This document shows positions 1-6,890 of a stretch of 64,000 nucleotides of DNA, piece after piece. The translations under genes and the position numbers were made by a program. This DNA is from Oscillospiraceae bacterium. Lineage in GTDB: Bacteria > Bacillota > Clostridia > Oscillospirales > SIG627. The stretch lies in assembly GCA_034925865.1 (NCBI GenBank), contig JAYFRN010000006.1, positions 10,236 to 74,235 of the forward strand. Reading direction: 5' to 3'. Position 1 is the stretch's first letter. Each line of letters begins with the position of its first letter. The notes under the pieces are model-generated. The model ran no database searches, was not told the DNA's origin, and worked only from the letters and a program-made list of their open reading frames with translations.

Positions 1-39
1 AGCTATTGTCACTATGCCCAAAAAAACACTTATATACAT
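1..39 (-). CDS. Partial CDS (5' end only), hydrophobic N-terminus MYISVFLGIVTIA...; possible membrane/permease partner of the ABC-like protein
   Basis: ATG at 39-37 on the minus strand, ~75 nt downstream of the 117..1175 stop. Translation is strongly hydrophobic and runs off the window edge. No clear SD. Confidence 0.25.
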   Translation of the reverse strand, partial: MYISVFLGIVTIA

Positions 40-116
40 CAGCTGTCTTTTTCCGAGCTCACGTTCAATATAAGAGCAGCTCAGAAGTGAATCAAGGTGT
101 TTTTTTGTATATATCA

Positions 117-1175
117 TTATTCGGTTCTCATCAATTCAATAAACGAATTTTCAACGCGTCCCCGATTGAGCTTAATACTATCAGGGTATATTCCGTTATC
201 CGCGAGAAAACGATAAAAGGATGCAGGATCGTTTTCTTTTGACGAATAATTGAATATATATATATTGTCAGATGAAATATCGCATTTCCATTTCGGCATC
301 AGAGCTTCAATTTTTTGAGCTGTTTCCGCTGCTTCCGAGGATTTCAAGACAAATGTGACTTTATCCGCGTGTCTGCATAAATCGTCGACACTTCCGGAAA
401 ACTTTAGCTTTCCTTTGTTGATAAACACGACATGATCGCAAACCATACCTATTAGCTTGGGCTGCGCGGTAGCAATCAGAATTGCCTTTTTCTCTGCTTT
501 CGCGAAACTGCAGATATTTTTAAGCAATTCAATCTGTTCCTGATTAAACTGATAATCAAGAATGTTGAATACAATAATATCTGATTCTGACAAGGCAGCT
601 ATAAGAAGCTCCGCCATCAGTTTTTCCTGCGGAAGCAACTGACCAATTTTTACAAGAGTATATTTTGAAAGGCCGAATGAATCCAAAAATGAGATCATTT
701 CTTCCTCTCGTACGATATCATCAAGCATATTCCGCTTTTTATTATGCTTTACTTTAATTACTTGCTTTTCATTGTCCCGAGTTAACTTGTCAGCAAGATT
801 AATATTCATCGTTGACAATAAAAGCTGTTCGAGAAGATTGATATTATCTATCATCATTTCAGGCGTATCAATATTAAAAATATGCGGCAGCAATCGGCGC
901 TTTTTTTGAATAGAGCCGATCCTGCCGATTTTACAGCGTCCGCTGTAGTATGCACATGTATTTCCGATTATACGGGTGAGGACATCAGCTTCCGCTATTG
1001 CGGAAGAACCGATCCCCCATATTTCGCCTGATTTCATGGAAAAAGTTATATCATTTAAAAGCGGAATTAATACACCGTTTTCATCTGTAACCTGTTCCTG
1101 TGAACATACGTGCTCGAGAACAATTATTTCATCGGCTTTTTGAGCCGGTATTTCATGGCGTTCTGACATAGGCAA
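117..1175 (-). CDS. ABC-transporter ATPase-like protein (ABC-2/CcmA-type layout with DUF4162-like C-terminal domain) with degenerate nucleotide-binding motifs
   Basis: 352-aa ORF. SGEIWGIGSSAIAEADVL sits at the Walker A position with no GK[ST]. LLPQEKLMAELLIAAL replaces the LSGGQ signature. DIIVFNILDYQ replaces Walker B hhhhDE. 7-nt gap to the upstream peptidase gene. Confidence 0.65.
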   Translation of the reverse strand: MPMSERHEIPAQKADEIIVLEHVCSQEQVTDENGVLIPLLNDITFSMKSGEIWGIGSSAIAEADVLTRIIGNTCAYYSGRCKIGRIGSIQKKRRLLPHIFNIDTPEMMIDNINLLEQLLLSTMNINLADKLTRDNEKQVIKVKHNKKRNMLDDIVREEEMISFLDSFGLSKYTLVKIGQLLPQEKLMAELLIAALSESDIIVFNILDYQFNQEQIELLKNICSFAKAEKKAILIATAQPKLIGMVCDHVVFINKGKLKFSGSVDDLCRHADKVTFVLKSSEAAETAQKIEALMPKWKCDISSDNIYIFNYSSKENDPASFYRFLADNGIYPDSIKLNRGRVENSFIELMRTE

Positions 1176-1182
1176 TCTCCAA

Positions 1183-1698
1183 TCACAGCATCGGGATCTT
1201 AAACAGCAGTACCGCCTCTATATTTGAGTAGTAAAGCATTTTAAGATCAACGGAGTTTATGGGATTGTCGCCCTTTGTTCGATAACACATCCTGCCCGTA
1301 TCGTCTTTTACAACGTCTACGATTCGATGAGTCACACGTTCGCCGCCAGCAGTTATAAATGTGACGACGGTGCCAATTTTTATAGCCTTTAAACCCGACG
1401 GCCTGTGAGAAATAATGATGCTCCCGACAGGCAATGTAGGATCCATACTCGGCGTTTCTATTCTGTAGATATAAAAATCGAACACGCTGGGCGCAGCCCC
1501 GGTGCGCTTAACGTATATGATCTGTGCGAGAATACCTGCAAGAAAAACCATGACGAGCGCGAAGGCGAAATTCTGTAACATGCGCTTTACGGCTTTGCGG
1601 CGTATCTCTCCCGCATATTCGGGAGATTTTGCTCTGAGGAGCTCCAGACGCAAGTCTTTAAGCTCCTCAGCCGTTGTCAATTTTCTTTGGTTATTCAT
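1183..1698 (-). CDS. Signal peptidase I, short SipW/archaeal type (S26 family)
   Basis: 171 aa with an N-terminal TM helix (FAFALVMVFLAGILAQIIYV). Motifs ETPSMDPTL (catalytic Ser), RVTHRIV (His) and KGDNP. Length is typical of SipW-type enzymes. Confidence 0.8.
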   Translation of the reverse strand: MNNQRKLTTAEELKDLRLELLRAKSPEYAGEIRRKAVKRMLQNFAFALVMVFLAGILAQIIYVKRTGAAPSVFDFYIYRIETPSMDPTLPVGSIIISHRPSGLKAIKIGTVVTFITAGGERVTHRIVDVVKDDTGRMCYRTKGDNPINSVDLKMLYYSNIEAVLLFKIPML

Positions 1699-1740
1699 TT
1701 TGTGGTATTTATAGTATATTAATATAAATTATATTAAATA

Positions 1741-2316
1741 TTACTTAACACTGTTGTCAGTGGTATCCAGAACTTGAGTTCCGGTGGCTTTGATGGAGAA
1801 CGCCGCGCTCATACCCTGGTACTGGGTATCGCTTGAATCATTGCTTGACGGCCATGTAAATTCAAGCGTATATGTTTGAGAAGCCTTTTGATTTGCGAGC
1901 AAAACGGCATTTATGCTGTCATAGTTGATCTTGGTTTTATTTCCGTCCTTGCTGGTATTTGCAGCTGAACTTATTTCAGTTTTATCGGCTCCTGTCCCTT
2001 TATATAGCTTCATTGAAATTGGTGCTATGCCCGTATTCAGCTCGACGTCGATATTAAGTTTCATATTTGTTTCCGTAACATCATCGCCGTTAAAATTATT
2101 AATCGTGAATGTTACAGATTGTGCATCGCCGGGCGCCATATTGAGGCTTCTTGAATAAAGGTCTCCGTTTTTCGTGCTTGTGATAACAAATTTCGCAGCT
2201 TCAAATGCTCCCGTGCCTACATTGTCGATGGAAGCCTGATAAATTGCTAGTGATCCGGATACAAGGCTCGCAACTATAAAGAATACGAGTGCGGAAATTA
2301 ATACTGTCTTTTTCAT
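1741..2316 (-). CDS. Exported TasA/camelysin-like protein with SipW-cognate-type signal peptide
   Basis: 191 aa. Signal MKKTVLISALVFFIVASLVSGSLAIYQAS resembles the GG[TS]hA[YF]F class of TasA/CalY signals. Mature part is Ser/Thr/Asn-rich and beta-like (MAPGDAQSVTFTINNFNGDD). SD GAAGGAG lies upstream. Confidence 0.6.
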   Translation of the reverse strand: MKKTVLISALVFFIVASLVSGSLAIYQASIDNVGTGAFEAAKFVITSTKNGDLYSRSLNMAPGDAQSVTFTINNFNGDDVTETNMKLNIDVELNTGIAPISMKLYKGTGADKTEISSAANTSKDGNKTKINYDSINAVLLANQKASQTYTLEFTWPSSNDSSDTQYQGMSAAFSIKATGTQVLDTTDNSVK

Positions 2317-2418
2317 CTTGTTCTCCTTCGGTTTTTACGCATTAAGCGTATTGTAATTGGCGTGGCATGTGTGGCAAATGTGACAAATTAGAACAATATT
2401 TGACATTTCGCAAATAAA

Positions 2419-2453
2419 AGCTCCGGACAAAGTCGTACAGACAAGCCGGAGCT
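2419..2453 (-). terminator. Rho-independent terminator candidate downstream of the MBL-fold gene
   Basis: AGCTCCGG...CCGGAGCT 8-bp stem followed on the minus strand by TTTTATTTG. It lies ~240 nt after the stop at 2691, which is rather far. Confidence 0.45.
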
Positions 2454-2690
2454 ATAATTATTCATTCAAGTGTGAACCAAACAAATGAACAATTGCAACT
2501 GGCTGTCATAGCATGCAATATGCCTTAGACCCTATAGCTTTGCGCCGTCGACTTTTATCGACTTTGCCAAATATTCAATTTTCGGAATATACTTCCGTCT
2601 AAGGAAATAATAGCATACTCCGGTAATCATGTCAATACTTTTTTTAATATTTTTTAATTTATTTATGGCTTTTTTATGTATAGATACGTT

Positions 2691-3614
2691 TCAGTTTTTT
2701 CGGAGCATAACATTTAACAATGTTCCGTCGCTTTCAATAATAATATCGCCGTCATTTTGAGTTAAATAAACCTTTGCCTGTGCATCCGCGAGCCTAGACA
2801 ATGTTGATTCGCTCGGATGCCCGTAATCGTTGTTTTTTCCGCATGATATGACAGCAATATCCGGCATGACTTCTTTCAGAAAGACATACGAGGTCGCATC
2901 GCTGCTGCCATGATGCCCGATCTTCAGCACATCGGCTGAGAGATCATACCCGGATTCAATCAAGTCTTTTTCAGCGTCGTTTCCCGCGTCTCCCATCAGA
3001 AGAAAAGATGTGTCTCCGTATTCCAGCTTCAATACGATTGAATTGTCGTTCACGGAATCGTAAAGCCTTTGCGGTCCTATAATCGTCACTTTTGCTTTTC
3101 CGAGATAAAAAACGGTTCCGCATACAGGCAAAGTGATTTCAAGGCTTTGTTTATCTAGGTATTTTTTAAAATTGCGGAAAGCAGAAGAATCATATTCATT
3201 ATACGAACAATATGCCTTTTTTACCGTCGCATAATTGAGAACTCCCGAAAGCCCGCCCACATGATCTTCGTGAGGATGTGTCGCGACCATATAATTTATG
3301 TTGTCTATACCGTGCTTTTTCAGAACCGAAACTACGGTGTCTCCGTCGTTTTTATTACCGCCGTCAACCAGCATCACACTCTCACCGCATTCGACAAGAA
3401 TGGAATCGGCCTGCCCGACATCAATAAATGTTACGCGGAGTATTTCCTCATCAGTACTCGAAGATAAAGGGTCACGGGTTACTCCTGAATTGCCGCAGAA
3501 AAGACACGTCGGTATTAAATTTTCACTGAAAAGAAGCGCCGTAATTATAAGCGCAGCGGTGATAACAAAATACCAGGCCTTTACACCGGCCTTTACGGTT
3601 TTTTTTCTGCTCAT
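2691..3614 (-). CDS. Membrane-anchored MBL-fold metallo-hydrolase (ComEC C-terminal-domain-like)
   Basis: 307 aa with an N-terminal TM helix. HPHEDHVGG (HxHxDH) motif, later GHHGS and YGHP motifs typical of the ComEC/Rec2 beta-lactamase-like domain. Confidence 0.8.
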   Translation of the reverse strand: MSRKKTVKAGVKAWYFVITAALIITALLFSENLIPTCLFCGNSGVTRDPLSSSTDEEILRVTFIDVGQADSILVECGESVMLVDGGNKNDGDTVVSVLKKHGIDNINYMVATHPHEDHVGGLSGVLNYATVKKAYCSYNEYDSSAFRNFKKYLDKQSLEITLPVCGTVFYLGKAKVTIIGPQRLYDSVNDNSIVLKLEYGDTSFLLMGDAGNDAEKDLIESGYDLSADVLKIGHHGSSDATSYVFLKEVMPDIAVISCGKNNDYGHPSESTLSRLADAQAKVYLTQNDGDIIIESDGTLLNVMLRKN

Positions 3615-4378
3615 CTGATGTTTGCTTTCATTATATTGTTAAGACTCTTTTCCAGGCATTTGAAAGGATCGACTCCGTAGCATTCGTCCTGTTCGATGAA
3701 AGCATGCTTGACTCCGAGTGAATCTGCGGTTGATATTATCGCATCATAATTCATGTTTCCTTCATAAACAGGAGCATAAACCGCGCTTTTTCCGTCATAT
3801 GCCATATCCTTTAAATGTATGCATTCAGTTCTTCCCGACAGCTTTTTCAACCATTCGACGGCGTCGCCTCCGCCGGCCTGGACCCAATAAGTATCTAGCG
3901 TAAAATTCAAAAGGTCGTTTGGAAACAACTCGGAAATTTTCTCCAGTACAGTTTTGCCGTCGAATTTCTGAAATTCAAAAGCATGATTATGATACATAAG
4001 CTTTCCCCCGCGTTCGTTCATCCGCTTTGCGGCAGGCATGAACTTATCGGAGAAACGCTTTGCTCCGTCTGAAGCTCCGCGAAATTCGTCCGGCATACCG
4101 CCAATTCCAATGTTTTTGCATCCAAACTTCCTGTGAGCGTCAATCACCGCGTCTGTTTCGGACAATATTCTGTCTGTATTGAAATGTGTAAGCGGGCATA
4201 TCAGCGAAAATTTGTCAAGCTTTTCCGCGAGCCATTCCGGTTGATAAGCACATGTCCCCGAAACCTGAACGGATCTGAACCCCATTGAGGAAAGCTGTGC
4301 CAACGTGGACTCGAAACCATCCAGATCTCTGCAAAAATCTCTAACCGTATACAGCTGAGCTCCGATCTGCATTTTCAT
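3611..4378 (-). CDS. Sugar phosphate isomerase/epimerase (xylose isomerase-like TIM barrel)
   Basis: 255 aa. MQIGAQLYTVRD start and HNHAFEF, IHLKD, IEQD motifs characteristic of the AP_endonuc_2 TIM-barrel family. 4-nt overlap with the downstream gene. Confidence 0.75.
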   Translation of the reverse strand: MKMQIGAQLYTVRDFCRDLDGFESTLAQLSSMGFRSVQVSGTCAYQPEWLAEKLDKFSLICPLTHFNTDRILSETDAVIDAHRKFGCKNIGIGGMPDEFRGASDGAKRFSDKFMPAAKRMNERGGKLMYHNHAFEFQKFDGKTVLEKISELFPNDLLNFTLDTYWVQAGGGDAVEWLKKLSGRTECIHLKDMAYDGKSAVYAPVYEGNMNYDAIISTADSLGVKHAFIEQDECYGVDPFKCLEKSLNNIMKANIR

Positions 4379-4682
4379 TTGTAAACCTCTTATATAATCG
4401 TTTATTTAATAGAAAATAATAATATTTGATTTATATGAAAACCATATTTTTACTCAAAAAGTGGCAATAAATAAAGACTGTTGAATAGAAAACCGCCTTA
4501 TCCTGCCTGCAGGTATTTATGCTTATTGACTCGGTATATAAATAGTTACCGCTTAAATGCGTTTTATAAACCACCATAACCTAAGTATATTATAAATTAA
4601 TGGTACATATTATAAGAAGTACAACAAATTTCCAAAATCTATCGGAATTTTATTATATCACTTCTCTTTGCGTATTTCAATA

Positions 4683-4711
4683 TTGACTTTTATATCATAT
4701 TGTTATATAAT
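4683..4711 (+). promoter_or_regulatory. SigA-type promoter candidate for the yicC operon
   Basis: TTGACT (4683-4688), 17-nt spacer, TATAAT (4706-4711). Confidence 0.55.
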
Positions 4712-4803
4712 GACATAATAAGTTACTATAGCCGTTTCGCGCTTCGGAGGAAACGCGGATGCAAGCGGCGCAATATATAATTTCCTCCGGGGACGGATAT
4801 AAT

Positions 4804-5685
4804 ATGCCGAAAAGCATGACAGGCTACGGTAAATCCGTAGTAAAAACCGACTCGTCAGAAATTTCGTTCGAATTAAAGAGCGTGAACAATCGATTTCTCG
4901 ATACCTCCCTTCATCTGCCGCGCACATATTCTTTCGCGGAAGACAAGATAAAGAAGCTTATTTCATCAAAAATCGCACGGGGAAAAATCGATGCTTATCT
5001 TAATATAACCCGTACTGAATCTTCCGACACGCTTGTTACTCTAGACGAATCTCTTCTGCGCCAATATGTTGCGGCTCTTAAAAAAATCGCTGCGCTTGAG
5101 GGAGTAAAGGACGATATTTCAGTTTCTACTATCGCAAGATATTCAGACATTTTTACACAAACCGCCGCGCCTGAAAACGAAGAAAACCTCTTCTTATTAA
5201 TAGAACCAGCAGTTTCCGACGCCATTGATTCTTTCGTCGGAATGCGCGTTTTTGAAGGGCAAAGACTCTATAAGGATATTTTATCAAAGCTTTCCGAACT
5301 TGAAGAGGATGTTTTGACAATAGAAAAGCTATACCCAGAATCGGTAAAGTCATATTATGACAGGCTTTTCGCAAAGCTTTCCGAGCTTCTTGAAAGCCGT
5401 CAGATTGATCAGTCGCGGATAGTTACCGAGGCCGCGGTCTTCGCCGACCGGGTTTCTGCCGACGAAGAAATCACCAGATTAAAAAGCCATATTGCGCAGT
5501 TCATATCTATATTAAAAACAGAAAATGAGCCTGTCGGCAAAAAGCTTGATTTTCTTGTGCAGGAAATGAACCGCGAAATAAACACTATCGGTTCAAAATG
5601 CAACATGCTTGAAATAACGCGTCTTGTCATAGACGTTAAAAGCATTATAGAAAAGATACGCGAGCAGATACAAAATATCGAATAA
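4804..5685 (+). CDS. yicC: YicC/YloC family stress-induced protein
   Basis: MPKSMTGYGKS is the canonical family N-terminus; the C-terminal DUF1732-like region reads LDFLVQEMNREINTIGSK. The ORF track extends to ATG 4759, which has a strong GGAGG SD 8 nt upstream, so the start is ambiguous (4759 or 4804). Confidence 0.85.
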   Translation: MPKSMTGYGKSVVKTDSSEISFELKSVNNRFLDTSLHLPRTYSFAEDKIKKLISSKIARGKIDAYLNITRTESSDTLVTLDESLLRQYVAALKKIAALEGVKDDISVSTIARYSDIFTQTAAPENEENLFLLIEPAVSDAIDSFVGMRVFEGQRLYKDILSKLSELEEDVLTIEKLYPESVKSYYDRLFAKLSELLESRQIDQSRIVTEAAVFADRVSADEEITRLKSHIAQFISILKTENEPVGKKLDFLVQEMNREINTIGSKCNMLEITRLVIDVKSIIEKIREQIQNIE

Positions 5686-5717
5686 ATTCATATTAAAGCA
5701 AAGGTCGGGATAATTCT

Positions 5718-5996
5718 ATGAAAATGGTCAATATCGGCTTTGGAAATATGGTTTCCTCCGCTCGTGTCGTCTGTCTTGTAAGTCCTGATTCGGCTCCTGT
5801 TAAAAGACTTGTACAGGATGCCAAAGACTCAGGCCGCGCCATAGATGTTACCTGCGGACGCAGGACTCGTTCAGTGATTTTCACGGACAGCGAGCATATC
5901 ATACTTTCCGCGATACAACCGGAAACAATATCAAACCGTCTGTGCGGAGACGCGGACAATGCGGAGGATGAGGATGAAGCAGAACAAAAAGGGTAA
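5718..5996 (+). CDS. remA: RemA/YlzA (DUF370) regulatory protein
   Basis: [67 protein letters not shown] matches the RemA family. Position between yicC and gmk is as in Bacillus. Confidence 0.85.
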   Translation: MKMVNIGFGNMVSSARVVCLVSPDSAPVKRLVQDAKDSGRAIDVTCGRRTRSVIFTDSEHIILSAIQPETISNRLCGDADNAEDEDEAEQKG

Positions 5997-6633
5997 AATT
6001 CTGATAATATCCGGATGCGCCGGAAGCGGAAAAGGAACGGTTATAAGACTTCTGATGGAGAAGCATAATAACTTTCAGTATTCTGTATCTCTTACGACGC
6101 GCGCTCCGCGTGATGGAGAAAAAGAAGGCGTAAATTACTATTTCGTCACACGCGAACGATTCACCGAGGCGATAAAGAACGGAGAGCTGGTCGAATATAC
6201 CGAATATTGCGGAAATTTCTATGGAACCCCCAAAAAGATGCTTTATGAAAAAATCGGCGAGGGATATACAATCATTCTTGAAATTGAAACCGACGGCGCC
6301 GCTCAGATAATGCGGCTGATAGATAAAAATGATCTGATATCCGTTTTTCTTTCCCCGCCAACCTTTACTTCTCTTGAAGAACGTCTGAAGGGCCGTATGA
6401 CCGAGACCGAAGCTTCCATAACAAAGCGCCTTGAAACAGCGAAAAAAGAAGCGCACAGCGCTTTTCTTTACGATTATATAGTTATCAATCACGACAGCCG
6501 CGCAAAGGATGCAGCCGAAACGATTTTTGAATTATGCAGCGATTATCATCACGAATCGAAGCTTGATTATATCGAAGAAGATACACTTTGTCCGTCATTT
6601 GACGAATATATAAATAATTTTTTTAAAAATTAA
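5974..6633 (+). CDS. gmk: Guanylate kinase
   Basis: P-loop [10 protein letters not shown]; [18 protein letters not shown] motif. Start placed at [14 protein letters not shown] (the ORF track starts at 5959); overlaps the remA end. Confidence 0.85.
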   Translation: MKQNKKGKILIISGCAGSGKGTVIRLLMEKHNNFQYSVSLTTRAPRDGEKEGVNYYFVTRERFTEAIKNGELVEYTEYCGNFYGTPKKMLYEKIGEGYTIILEIETDGAAQIMRLIDKNDLISVFLSPPTFTSLEERLKGRMTETEASITKRLETAKKEAHSAFLYDYIVINHDSRAKDAAETIFELCSDYHHESKLDYIEEDTLCPSFDEYINNFFKN

Positions 6634-6647
6634 AAGGACATAAAAAT

Positions 6648-6890
6648 ATGATTTACCCTCCAGTAGATGAGTTATGCAAAAACGGATGCAACCGTTACAT
6701 TCTCTGCATCGCCACCTCAAAATGCGCAAGAAAAATAACCGAAAAATACGCTCCGCCGGCAAATGCAAAGAACAGCGATGAAATTGTAAAATCACACCAT
6801 GCAATTCTCGAGGAAAAGCCTCTCGTTACAGCTATAAACAAGCTTTACAATAACGAGTATAGAATTGTAATTCCGGATATAAATGTATAA
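6648..6890 (+). CDS. rpoZ: DNA-directed RNA polymerase subunit omega
   Basis: 80 aa. MIYPPVDELCKNGCNRYILCIATSKCARKI is a typical omega N-terminus. Conserved position after gmk. Confidence 0.8.
   Translation: MIYPPVDELCKNGCNRYILCIATSKCARKITEKYAPPANAKNSDEIVKSHHAILEEKPLVTAINKLYNNEYRIVIPDINV

Noticed and set aside
5899-6492. 197-aa ORF antisense to gmk
   Set aside because: It lies entirely within and opposite the well-supported guanylate kinase gene. It has no recognisable motifs and looks like a typical shadow ORF.
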